Below the pieces are notes generated by a model that had not been told where the DNA came from, made no database searches, and saw only the letters and a program-made list of their open reading frames with translations. A program made the position numbers and the translations under genes. Below, piece after piece: positions 43,304 to 55,739 of a stretch of DNA of 64,000 bases (positions within the stretch are counted from its first letter, which is position 1; each line of letters starts with the position of its first letter). Source of the DNA: Nemertoderma westbladi (lineage: Eukaryota > Animalia > Xenacoelomorpha); NCBI GenBank assembly GCA_032718475.1, contig JAUCBJ010002752.1, positions 1 through 64,000 of the forward strand. Direction: 5' to 3'.

Positions 43304-44367
43304 CCTAAAACGTGTTAGCGCATTTGACAAAAAAGACGTTTTTAATCTCTATTTTTATATATTTTGACTCTTTCCGATGTTTAATAAACCATGTAAGGAA
43401 GCGAGTAAAAACACCCAGTCTGAAACACTGAAACGATAATTGCGCTAGTGTACCTCCAACGGAAGGCCGTTCTAGTGTACAGTATCACTCTATTCCCCTT
43501 TTCCCACTATTGTATTGATTTGCTCAATGTTTCGCTCAGTCTATTACGGTAATTGATCATCTATTATATTTCACTTATATACAGTACCGGGAGGATGTGG
43601 CGGCACAATACAACAAGTAAATGTCTGACTAATTATTTATGTAAGGGCTCAAGTCTGGCGATTGTGTTTCCCTTTAGAGGAAACGTATTGCGACTAGTCT
43701 GTATCTGTTTATATTATTATCGCTACGGCTGTACGGCATTCAATTTGTGACAACTCTCAATCATGGTACAATTAATATCAAGAGCTTCGCTTGCATTACA
43801 GGTCTGAAATATCGCCATAGATTAATTAATTATTCACAATAATTTTTATTGTCCATTTTTATCCTTTTTTTGTCAATTTTTTTTGATTTTTTATGTCATC
43901 CAAAAGTATAATGTTATTCTGTATTTTAGTACCGGTACCGGCACTGGTACTGCTATAGGCCTACTGTGTAGCCTACCATTTAAATACGGTAATGGTAGGC
44001 CTACCGGTTGTGCTAATAAATTTTAAATAATTGATAGGCGAAACTGGATTGTGGAAAATGTGGATATATCTTTCACATAATTTAGGCCTATTACTGTAAT
44101 AGTTTTATAATCAATAATGGATCATGACTACTGTCTGAGTAGTGTTACGGATAGCGGCACCACTACTTCCAACAGCACAGATCAGTTCATAAACTCATCC
44201 GTACTCGAAAAAACTACTTATACATGTTATACCCCGTTACCGTTTGATACCGGTAGTCACAATGATAGCGAAAACAACGACCCGTTTTTAGCCCAAAGGA
44301 TCGGACGGCCAAGAGGTTCGTCCAATAAAGGGTATATACGGATTCGTACATTCTCAGACGTTGACAG

Positions 44368-44900
44368 TTTGGTTAGAAAATCCCGCCTCTGTAATCTGCC
44401 CCTTTCCCTCAATTAGCTAAATGATCGTTTATTGTTTTGGTTAGATAATCCCGCCTCTGTAACCTGCTCCTTTCCCTCAATTGGTAATGTTATCGTTTAT
44501 TGTTTTGGTTAGAAAATCCCGCCTCTGTAACCTGCTCCTTTCCCTCAATTGGTAATGTTATCGTTTATTGTTTTGGTTAGAAAATCCCGTCTCTGTAACC
44601 TGCTCCTTTCCCTGATTTGGTAAAGTGACTGTTTATTGTTTTGGTTAGAAAATCCCGCCTCTGTAACCTGCTCCTTTCCCTCAATTAGTTTAAGTGATCG
44701 TTTATTGTTTTGGTTAGGAAATCCCGCTTCTGTAACCTGCTCCTTTCCCTCAATTGGTAATGTTATCGTTTATTGTTTTGGTTAGAAAATCCCGTCTCTG
44801 TAACCTGCTCCTTTCCCTGATTTGGTAAAGTGACTGTTTATTGTTTTGGTTAGAAAACTCGGCCTTAACCTGCTCCTTTCCATCAATTGGTAATTGTTTT
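44368..44900 (+). repeat. About 68-bp tandem repeat, about 8 copies
   Basis: Unit TTGTTTTGGTTAGAAAATCCCGCCTCTGTAACCTGCTCCTTTCCCTCAATTGGTAATGTTATCGTTTA; related single monomers at about 30300, 60035 and 61970. Confidence 0.9.
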
Positions 44901-46015
44901 TGGCTATAAAATGAGTGTTTTGCTACGTCATGTGGTAATCGATTATCGACAACAACCACAAACTATTAAATATAGAGTCTTTTTACCACAGGCGCATATG
45001 GAAATCTATCTCATAGTCTATAAATCATGGAATCATGGAATGTTTTGGCACAGGCATAGTGAAATCAACTGTCTGACAGTCCAGAAATCAGCAGTCTGAC
45101 AGTTTGAAGAAATACATACATAAAAATTGACAATAAAAGTCATTAAATGGACAAAAAAAGTCATTATGCATAATTCGTAAAAAAAAATTGACAAAAAAAG
45201 TCAAATAAATTGACATAAAAAATCACTGCCTTAATTATTGAGTTAGAGGTAAAATTAGTTGAATTTCCGTTAGTTGGATCTACTGTAAACTGCCCAACAA
45301 AATGTACTGTAGATAGGCCTAACCCAATCGTGACATTCCCCTAACAGTAAGCAATAATACTAAGTGCTGAAGTAATGAACAATGAAGCTACAGTACTGTA
45401 CAATACCAGGCATAAATAAATGCAAGAAAAATAAAAAATACCGTAGTACAGTATAAGTGGATTAGTTTAATCACAATGATGTACTGTAAATGAAATATTT
45501 ATAGTTAAGTCTGGTTTAGTAATAAACATACTGTACTTATACAATGACTCAATGACTCAGTACTTGCCACGTAGCAATATTCAATGTGGGCAAAATGCAG
45601 GTTTCACATATCAGTTCATCACACCCCGAATATCGTGTTGCGTTTTATTCACACAACTTTTATGATACCAACCACTTCGTGCAAACGGGGTGTAAATGCT
45701 GCCCCGTAACGCCGACAACCAACGCCGACAACCATTATTTAAGCTAATTAATGTTATTTATTAATTGGGGGAAAGGAACAGGTTACAGTGGAAGGTTAGT
45801 CTAACCAAAACAATAAACGAGAGTTACGAACTCAGGTTACATTTTCATATTTGCCGTTGTCGGCATTGGTTGCCGGTTGTCGACGTAGTGCAAACGCTAC
45901 ATCCTATCCATTCAATTGGTCCAAGGTCTGTCTGTAGCATTAGCATTCCCGACACGAGAGTAGCAAAAAGAACATTGCAGGCAGGCTGGACAGCGTGGAA
46001 ATGGTTTAGTTTTGC

Positions 46016-49000
46016 TGTGGGGCGAGCCACGAAGTGAGTGAGCCTTAGCGTAGTGGTACCATTAATCAACCTGTGGGGCGAGCCACGAAGTGAGTGAGCC
46101 TTAGCGTAGTGGTACCATTAATCAACCTGTGGGGCGAGCCACGAAGTGAGTGAGCCTTAGCGTAGTGGTACCATTAATCAACCTGTCGTTCTGTCGTTCT
46201 GTCGTTCTGTCGCGTCCAATTTTAAACGTTAATAACTCAGCCAATCTTTGATGAAATCTATCCAAACTTGGTACACATGTTGTTTGGCAAAAGTTTAGAA
46301 ATTTTCCAAGTAGAATTTCCGTGTGGCCTTCGAGAAGCTAAGATAATAGCAGTTAATTAGTTAATTAAGTTGATTACGGTAAAAACACCATTTTCAACCT
46401 GCCTTTTAAAGGAAATTAATTGTTTTACAGTATAAGATTTAAATAATTATACTTAAAAATTATACAGATGTAATCCACATACGCCATTCTATTATAGTTT
46501 TTAATTAGTTCAAGTGATTTGCTTTATTAATTGTGTCTTTAATTGATCTAAAGTAATTAAAACGTCATAAAAAATTGATTCTCATTAAATACTGCTCATT
46601 TATTGGCTAACATGCTGGTACGATGGAAGGATGTGTGTGTAAGGCAGCTATTTGCTGGGAATGATTATTGGTCAAGTCTCTGCTGGTGTGGAGCTAGCTG
46701 GCTTGGAGTTGTGGCTGTAGACTAACCAGAGAGGAATTGTACTGTAATAGGCAACCAGTATTGCTATTCCAGCCCAGACATCATTCTTGAAATCCAACAT
46801 CCCAACATCCTTCCTGTATTGACTCTACTATAAGTGTTGTATTGCTATCTCAGGTAAATGACAGATATAATAACATAAATGCAATCCATGGCATGGCTGT
46901 TGTGTAGGCTTCTGAAATAGTTTATTCCACAATGTATATGTCTGGTTATTTTTTAATTGAATTTTTGCAAAGTAGTAAAATTAATGTGGGGCGAGCCACG
47001 AAGTGAGTGAGCCTTAGCGTAGTGGTACCATTAATCAACCTGTCGTTCTGTCGTTCTGTCGTTCTGTCGTTCTGTCGCGTTCAATTTTAAACGTTAATAA
47101 CTCGGCCAATCTTTGATGAAATCTATCCAAACTTGGTACACATGTTGATTGGCAAAAGTTTAGAAATTTTCCAAGTAGAATTTCCGTGTGGCCTTCGAGA
47201 AGCTAAGATAATAGCAGTTAATTAGTTAATTAAGTTGATTACTGTAAAAACACCATTTTCAACCTGCCTTTTAAAGGAAATTAATTGTTTTACAGTATAA
47301 GATTTAAATAATTATACTTAAAAATTATACAGATGTAATCCACATACGCCATTCTATTATAGTTTTTAATTAGTTCAAGTGATTTGCTTTAATAATTGTG
47401 TCTTTAATTGATCTAAAGTAATTAAAACGGCGTAAAAAATTGATTCTCATTAAATACTGCTCATTTATTGGCCAACATGCTGGTACATAGATGGAAGGAT
47501 GTGTCTTAAGCCAGCCAGTTGCTGGGAATGATTATTGGTCAAGTCTCTGCTGGTGTGGAGCTAGCTGGGAGTTGTGGCTGTAGACTAACCAGAGAGGAAT
47601 TGTAATAGGCAACCAGCAATGCTATTCCAGCCCAGACAGCATTCTTTAAATACAACATCCCAACATTGACTACTATAAGTGTTGTATTGCTATCTCAGGT
47701 AAATGACAGGTATAATAACATAAATACTGTTGTAGGCTTCTGAAATAGTTTATTCCACAATGTATATGTCTGGTTATTTTTTAATTGAATTTTTGCAAAG
47801 TAGTAAAATTAATGTTCTTAAAAATAATATTATTATTTTATATGTAACCTAGGAAATTAGCTACATTTTTTCGCTGCAGCTTTAAGAGTGTACATTGATT
47901 TAATATTATTTCAATACCCATATTACTACATCGGCATAAGATGCGTTGGCGTTGTATCACACATCTCCACATATCACACATCTCCACATAGATGTATCGC
48001 ACAGTTTCGAAACTTCGCATAGTTATAACTGTATAAAGATCGTCAGTCTGCGTTTAGGAAAAATATTTTATGACAAAACAGGACAAGCGACGAGCGCAAC
48101 GAGGCATATAATGAAGACGAGTACCTCGTTGACTAAATTATTATATAAACCACCTGGCTTCACATATTGATCGCATCCCTAGTTATTATTATTATAAATA
48201 TCGTCAGCCTGCGTTTAAGAAATATATTTAAATACAAAACAGGACGAACGCAAAGAGGCTTATAATGAAAACGAGTACTGCGTTTATTATATTCCTATAA
48301 ACCACCTGGCTTTGCATATTTAACGTGCGATTGGAAATAAGTTCGTGCTACCCTTCCGTGGGTGGTAGATGTCCCGGTTATGTATTGGTGGTTGGGAAGG
48401 TTGGGGGGGGGGGGGGATTAAAGGGGGTGAACACGTACTGTCCCCCTTTCTTTGATTGATTGGTGGTGTGGGTAAATTTCTCAAAACCTGATTTTGTGAT
48501 ACAGTCGCTCAATTTTAATTTGTATCTAATAACTGGGCCTCGTGCTGCGCGAAGGCCCCACGAACGTGTCGTTCTGTCGTTCTGTCGCTTTTTTTGCAGT
48601 GTTCAATTTTAAACGTTAATAACTCGGCCAATCTTTGATGAAATCTATCCAAACTTGGTACACATGTTGTTTGGCAAAAGTTTAGAAATTTTCCAAGTAG
48701 AATTTCCTTGTGGCCTTCGAGAAGCTAAGATAATAGCAGTTAATTAGTTAATTAAGTTATTACGGTAAAAACACCATTTTCAACCTGCCTTTTAAAGGAA
48801 ATTAATTGTTTTACGGTATAAGATTTAAATAATTATAATTAAAAATTATACAGATGTAATCCACATACCCCATTCTATTATAGTTTTTAATTAGTTCAAG
48901 TGATTTGCTTTATTAATTGTGTCTTTAATTGATCTAAAGTAATTAAAACGTCATAAAAAATTGATTCTCATTAAATACTGCTCATTTATTGGCTAACATG

Positions 49001-51918
49001 CTGGTAAGATGGAAGGATGTGTGTGTAAGGCAGCAGCTAGTTGCTGGGAATGATTATTGGTCATGTCTCTGCTGGTGTGGAGCTAGCTTGGAGTTGTGGC
49101 TGTAGACTAACCAGAGAGAAATTGTAATAGGCAACCAGTATTGCTATTCCAGCCCAGGCAGCATTCCAACATCCCAACATCCTTCCTGTATTGACTCTAC
49201 TATAAGTGTTGTATTGCTATCTCAGGTAAATGACAGATATAATAACATAAATACCATCCATGGCATGGCTGTTGTGTAGGCTTATCTGAAATAGTTTATT
49301 CCACAATGTATATGTCTGGTTATTTTTTAATTGAATTTTTGCAAAGTAGTAAAATTAATGTTCTTAAAAATAATATTATTATTTTATATGTAACCTAGGA
49401 AATTAGCTACATTTTTTCCGCTGCAGCTTTAAGAGTGTACATTGATTTAATATTATTTCAATACCCATATTACTACATCGGCATAAGATGCGTTGGCGTT
49501 GTATCACACATCTCACACATCTCCACATAGATGTATCGCACAGTTTCGAAACTTCGCATAGTTATAACTGTATAAAGATCGTCAGTCTGCGTTTAGGAAA
49601 AATATTTTATGACAAAACAGGACAAGCGACGAGCGCAACGAGGCATATAATGAAGACGAGTACCTCGTTGACTAAATTATTATATAAACCACCTGGCTTC
49701 ACATATTGATCGCATCCCTAGTTATTATTATTATAAATATCGTCAGCCTGCGTTTAAGAAATATATTTAAATACAAAACAGGACGAACGCAAAGAGGCTT
49801 ATAATGAAAACGAGTACTGCGTTTATTATATTCCTATAAACCACCTGGCTTTGCATATTTAACGTGCGATTGGAAATAAGTTCGTGCTACCCTTCCGTGG
49901 GTGGTAGATGTCCCGGTTATGTATTGGTGGTTGGGAAGGTTGGGGGGGGGGGGGGGATTAAAGGGGGTGAACACGTACTGTCCCCCTTTCTTTGATTGAT
50001 TGGTGGTGTGGGTAAATTTCTCAAAACCTGATTTTGTGATACAGTCGCTCAATTTTAATTTGTATCTAATAACTGGGCCTCGTGCTGCGCGAAGGCCCCA
50101 CGAACGTGTCGGTTCTTCTTTTATCAATTTTTCGTTTGTGTCTTGATAATGCAGAAGTTGCTGTGTATTTTTTATCGCACAAATTGCTGTACATCCACTA
50201 CTGTACTTTTTTAATCGTCTCATTACTGCTCCCATGTAACTACCATGAGAAAGAATAAGGCCCCTTTAAGGCTCTTCAAGTATTGAATAAATAAAACCTG
50301 CTACTGTATTAATAGTATTATGTACCGGTATTGGCTTTGGCTATTATTACCGTTGCTTCAATTCTTAATAATTTGATTTGCTGTACCCTGTTCTGCCTGA
50401 CGCCTGACTGCTTTCGGTATAACTTGTATAATGAAACAGACAAGCTGCAAGGGGAGGGTGATAATAATGAATACAGATCCTGAGATATGGGGCCGTCCAA
50501 GTATGACGTCAGCACTTTAGGGGGGGGAGGGGGGTTGGGAAAATCTGATGACGTGCTGATGAGGGGAGGGGAGGGGGTCAGCCAAAATCTGACGTCAGCA
50601 TGTTCATTTATAGGTGCTAGAAGAGATATAGCAGAAGAGTAAATAGCTTACTATTTTAATTGTTCGAAGCCCCCGAAGGCCCCTAAGCACAACCTTCTGT
50701 TTCAGTTACCAGTCACCATGTTTCAGTGATTAGGACGCGTGCTACTGGGGTACTGCGGTACTGGGGTTCGCCTGAAAATGAAACATCTTCATAATAAAAA
50801 ACAAATAAAATAAAAATTTTTTTGTAATAAACTATTAAGTTTATTACAAATTTTTTTTAATCTGATTTAGGGGGGGGGGGGGGGGGGTCAACGCCTATCT
50901 GATGACATCTGATTTAGGGGAGGGAGGGGGTCAACATTTTGGGGAAAAGTGCAGACGTCATACTTGGACGGCCCCTATGGAATAATGGTAACCTGAACTT
51001 TTTCATGTTTGCAATATTCCATTCTCATTGACTCTGTGTTAAACAGGATAAACGTGATTGGTTGCTGCTTAGTACAGCATGTAGCAGCTTTCTCCAACCA
51101 TATAACTTGTTTTATACAAAATGGAATAATGTTAACTGGAAAAGCCATGATCTAAGCACCAGTCTGTAATAATAGGCCTACAGCTACAGAGATAGGTTGA
51201 CTTAACAATAATCATCTGGACCAATCAGAAACGGTATTTGTCTAAGCGTATGTGAAATCGCTCAATGTAATGTATATACGTGGATACGTACGGCATAAGT
51301 TGAAAAGTAAAACCCAAAAGTGTGTCATAAAACGTTCCCGAAAGTAATTATACCCTTGTTTCTTCTATTCTTATTGTTTCTAATAATAATCTAGAAAAAT
51401 ATGTAGTATATATCTTTCCACTAATTTCATTAATATTACTTCTGTACTTTATAATAAATATGTTCTATTTTTTAATGAAAATATAGAATACTGTAAGCAC
51501 AAACATAACAACCAAAAAGCAACAGCAACTACTGTGTGTTGCGACTACTGGTCGGCTTCATAATAATAATGCAGTTACTATTCGTGAATAAACAAAATCT
51601 AATAATACTGGAATACAAAAAACTAAACTCTAAATAATAACTACGACTTACACTATTCGATGGTGGGCTTTTATTCGAGTAAATACGGTACTTTAGTTCC
51701 TTTTCGCGCCTCCATATTTGACTTAATTACCTCCCTCGCTGCGCTCGGTCGTTTAATATCATATCTCGAGACGAACGGTAAATAAAGCATATTATAACTA
51801 CCGTACAATATTGAATATATGATTATAATTAACGTTAAAATGCGTTAGAATTTAACGTTCAAATATTGACAGATTGAAGCCAAGGCTATCAGCTCGAAAA
51901 CTTCGTGGCTCGCCCCAT
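46016..51918 (+). mobile_element. Helentron-associated (HINE/DINE-1-like) element with head-to-tail internal duplications
   Basis: 5' TGGGGCGAGCCACGAAG and its reverse complement CTTCGTGGCTCGCCCCA at 51901; triplicated 56-bp head; (TCGTTCTG)n microsatellite; three copies of a 1-1.6-kb body (about 46186-46985, 47041-48565, 48566-50110); hairpin GGGCCTCG...GAAGGCCC. Confidence 0.65.
50489..50975. mobile_element. PIF/Harbinger-like MITE
   Basis: 22-bp TIR GGGGCCGTCCAAGTATGACGTC...GACGTCATACTTGGACGGCCCC; 3-bp TSD TAT. Confidence 0.8.
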
Positions 51919-52514
51919 ATTATTGAACTACTTGAAAACTACTGAAAAACGTGGACAGAGCTGCTATAATGTGCTAATCAATCTGATTGGTCAATTCATT
52001 GCCTGTTCTTTCTCAACACTGTCCACCTTTTTCAAATATGAAAAACGTGGACAACAAAGCTGAAAAAGGTGGACATGATGTAATACATCATGTCCACCTA
52101 TTTCAGCTTTGCGAGTTGCGTCATAATGACGCAACTCGCGTGACTGGTCTGTCCACTGTCCATGTTTTCTGTGTCCAGTCCACCTTTTTCAAACACCCGT
52201 TTTGGAGGCCCCCAAACATGAAACAAGATAATTCCCCAGTACTGCCCCGTACCGGTACCGGTACCTGTCAGACTGTGTACCGTTCTGCCGTTAGGCCGTA
52301 CCGTACAGCCCAGCAGCCGTAGGCCTTTAAATTTTTTATTTACGATATGATATAGGTATCGTATCTAGAGTCGGGACAAGACCATAGCTGCATATACTGA
52401 TATAGCCCCTATCACTATATAACCCAACACCTGAACACCTAGATACCGGTACCGGTATTGCAAATTTGATTAGGCAGTTCGGCCTAGACTATTATTATTA
52501 TAACGTAATGTGAT

Positions 52515-55500
52515 ATGGCAATACCTGTGCCTGTTGATGATCAGTTAATTTCATCACTGACTTCGTTAAAGTTTAGTGACTTAAACATAGAGTTTCCAAA
52601 TTACGTCGTTACTTTTCGGGATGCCAGCTTGGCAGACAGACAGAAGGGTGGCCCATGCATAGTATTCTGGCAAAGATTATCTCCGGATAGACCGAAAGAT
52701 GATGTTATTGGCATAGTCAGAGTGCATCATTTAAAAATGCTAGAACCGCATGATAAGGATATCAGAAACGCCCTTCTTCAACTAATGAACTTCGTGGTAA
52801 TTTGTTGCGTTTCCAAAACTGGTTTTAAATGTGACGAATTCTTCCTACGTTTCTCGGATGATGTTGTCACGTGTAAACCGTATCCTAGCAACCGAGATTT
52901 ACATTCTAATGAGTTTAATGGCCAGCACAGGCACAGCCAATCTGGGGTGGATAAGCGCGCTTTGAACTCCAGTCCACCGATTATCAAGCCGTCTCCCCAA
53001 GTAACAGTCTTTAACAGCTCTTCCGGGTGTATCACTGCAACAACACAGAACCAACATCGCAACTGTAGGCCTATCACGGACTCCGTTGCCACTGGAGAAG
53101 AAGACAACATAATCTTATCTTACAACACCAATGCAAGTAGTTTTCGTACTACTGTAACCAAACCCACTCAAAGTGCCACTGTAACCAAACCCACTCAAGG
53201 TGCCACTGTAACCAATTCCTCTCAAAGTGCCACTCTAACCAAACCCACTGAAAGTGCCACTGTTACCAAATCCACTCAAAGTACGACTGTAACCAAACCC
53301 ACCCAAAGCGCCATTGTAACCAAAGACACTCAAAGTGCCACTGTCACCAAACCCACTCAAGGTGCCACTGTTACCATACCCACCCAAAGTGCCACTGTAA
53401 CCAAACTCACTCAAAGTGCCACTGTTACCAAACCCACTCAAAGTGCAACTGGAAGAAAACCCACTCAAAGTGCAACTGTAACCATACCCACCCAAAGTGC
53501 CACTGTAACCAAACCCACTCAAAGTACCACTGGAACAAAACCCACTCCAAGTGCCATTGTAACCAAACCCACTCAAAGTACCATTGTAACCAAACCCACT
53601 CAAAGTGACACTGTAATCAATTCCAGTCAAAGTACCACTGTAACCAAACCCACTCAAAGTGCCACTGTAACCAATTCCAGTCAAAGTACCACTGTAACCA
53701 AACCCACTCAAAGTCCCACTGTAACCAAACCCACTCAATATGCCACTTTGACACAACCTACTCAAAGTGACACTATACCCACTCAACGTCCCACTGCAAC
53801 CAAACCCACTCAATATGCCACTTTGACACAACTTACTCAAAGTGACACTATAACCAAACCCACTCAAAGTCCCACTGCAACCAAACTCACTCAAAGTCCA
53901 ACTGCAACCAAACCCCCTCAAAATGCTACTGTAACCAAACCGACTCAAAGTACCATTGGAACCAAACCCACTCAATATGCCACTGTAACCAAACCCACTC
54001 AATATGCCACTTTGACACAACCTACTCAAAGTGACACTATAAATAAACCCACTCAACGTCCCACTGCAACCAAACCCACTCAATATGCCACTTTGACACA
54101 ACCTACTCATAGTGACACTATAACCAAACCCACTCAAAGTCCCACTGCAACCAAACTCACTCAAAGTCCAACTGCAACCAAACCCCCTCAAAATGCTACT
54201 GTAACCAAACCGACTCAAAGTACCATTGGAACCAAACCCACTCAATATGCCACTGTAACCAAACCCACTCAATATGCCACTTTGACACAACCTACTCAAA
54301 GTGACACTATAACCAAACCCACTCAAAGTCCCACTGCAACCAAACCCCCTCAAAATGCTACTGTAACCAAACTTACTCAAAGTCCAACTGAAACCAAACC
54401 TAGTTCAATCCAATTTGAATCTATCAATCAAAATGAAATTAATGCAGCAACAAACTGGATCAAACATGCCCTCGAAAGTGACACAGATATTATAAGAAAT
54501 CCCATTAATCTTACCGTTGAAATTAAATCCATTCAAAGCAGCTCTAATGCAAATACCACCCCCCAGTCTAAAACTGTTTCCAAACCTGGTCAATGGTTTA
54601 CGATACCGGACCCCAGTCAAAGTGGTATGATAGCGGATACGATTCAATATACTACTGCACACAATTACAGTCAAAACTGCACTATTGCAAAGTCGAGTGA
54701 ATGGGTTACTGTAACTAAGCCCAGCCCCTTTAAAACTACATCAAACCCCATTCAAGAACAAGAAGCTGCTATAAACACAGTTTACCCTATTAAAAGGAAC
54801 GCTGGCAATGTAACTAAACCCATCATCTCCAATGAAATAGACAGAAGCAGCAGCCATATTAAAACGTGTGGCTCAAGTTCTTATAAATCTTCTACCCATA
54901 GCAGTAATGCGAGTTCGAAACCGCAGTTTATTGAAACGATTGTGATTGATTCCGATGATGATGATGATGTTATTGTAATCACCACTAGTGAATCTCTTGA
55001 TCATGTAACCAAAGACGCAGTGGTTGGAACTCAATGTCAAAATTCTGGTAATTTTCACGACATGTTTGCTGCATCATGGAAAAGTATAATGCCGATACCT
55101 GAAGGTTCTGCAAGGAATGCACAATATAATATACTGACTGATCCTGAAAGTAATGTTTCAGTTGGGAATGATGTAACTTCACCCAATAATTGCCCAACGA
55201 TGGACCATAAAAGTAAACCAACTGATGTTACTGAGGATGGAATAGATGGTGCTAAATCTTGCCACTCCTTTACGGGACCAGCCCAGTCATCAAACGATGC
55301 TACAAATATTATACCGATAGTTGCGCCAACAGATGTTCCAGGGTACCTACCCCTAATAGCACCGAATATTCTAAAATCTCTTGCAAATATGGTACCAGCA
55401 GTATGTCCGCGTCCGGCACCACAGCAACATTTTATGATGGACAATTCGCTGAAGATAGTGAATATCCCATCATCAGTTAGTGTTGGAAATATGCAATATC

Positions 55501-55739
55501 ATCCTACGACTGTTGGTAGTGTTGGTAATGGTCCATATGATAATAACATTGCAGTATCATTGAGCACGGGAACCATAACAAAGTATGTTCAAGGCGCTGT
55601 GCCACATACCACAACAGTAGTGCCGATAAGCACAGAAGCTCCTTTTGAAGGCTTTCCAGTTACTACAGAACCTCACCTGTTTCTAATTTTTTTTGTTACA
55701 TACCACAACATGTGCCAGACAGCACAGCATCTGTACTAA
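52515..55739 (+). CDS. Unknown protein, 1074 aa: short N-terminal globular region, Thr-rich 9-aa repeats, low-complexity tail
   Basis: Long ATG-initiated ORF with non-repetitive open regions on both sides of the TVTKPTQSA repeats; no signal peptide; probably continues by frameshift into 55712-56704. Confidence 0.6.
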   Translation: MAIPVPVDDQLISSLTSLKFSDLNIEFPNYVVTFRDASLADRQKGGPCIVFWQRLSPDRPKDDVIGIVRVHHLKMLEPHDKDIRNALLQLMNFVVICCVSKTGFKCDEFFLRFSDDVVTCKPYPSNRDLHSNEFNGQHRHSQSGVDKRALNSSPPIIKPSPQVTVFNSSSGCITATTQNQHRNCRPITDSVATGEEDNIILSYNTNASSFRTTVTKPTQSATVTKPTQGATVTNSSQSATLTKPTESATVTKSTQSTTVTKPTQSAIVTKDTQSATVTKPTQGATVTIPTQSATVTKLTQSATVTKPTQSATGRKPTQSATVTIPTQSATVTKPTQSTTGTKPTPSAIVTKPTQSTIVTKPTQSDTVINSSQSTTVTKPTQSATVTNSSQSTTVTKPTQSPTVTKPTQYATLTQPTQSDTIPTQRPTATKPTQYATLTQLTQSDTITKPTQSPTATKLTQSPTATKPPQNATVTKPTQSTIGTKPTQYATVTKPTQYATLTQPTQSDTINKPTQRPTATKPTQYATLTQPTHSDTITKPTQSPTATKLTQSPTATKPPQNATVTKPTQSTIGTKPTQYATVTKPTQYATLTQPTQSDTITKPTQSPTATKPPQNATVTKLTQSPTETKPSSIQFESINQNEINAATNWIKHALESDTDIIRNPINLTVEIKSIQSSSNANTTPQSKTVSKPGQWFTIPDPSQSGMIADTIQYTTAHNYSQNCTIAKSSEWVTVTKPSPFKTTSNPIQEQEAAINTVYPIKRNAGNVTKPIISNEIDRSSSHIKTCGSSSYKSSTHSSNASSKPQFIETIVIDSDDDDDVIVITTSESLDHVTKDAVVGTQCQNSGNFHDMFAASWKSIMPIPEGSARNAQYNILTDPESNVSVGNDVTSPNNCPTMDHKSKPTDVTEDGIDGAKSCHSFTGPAQSSNDATNIIPIVAPTDVPGYLPLIAPNILKSLANMVPAVCPRPAPQQHFMMDNSLKIVNIPSSVSVGNMQYHPTTVGSVGNGPYDNNIAVSLSTGTITKYVQGAVPHTTTVVPISTEAPFEGFPVTTEPHLFLIFFVTYHNMCQTAQHLY
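53148..54400 (+). repeat. Coding 27-bp tandem repeat (ACTGTAACCAAACCCACTCAAAGTGCC) with higher-order duplication
   Basis: About 45 in-frame units; a multi-unit block recurs in the 3' half. Confidence 0.9.

Noticed and set aside
41143-43308. Leu/Cys-rich and Phe-rich ORFs
   Set aside because: Translations of the 10-bp minisatellite and the Foldback arms.
52515-55739. Secreted mucin annotation
   Set aside because: No signal peptide, transmembrane segment or cysteine-rich mucin domains are visible.
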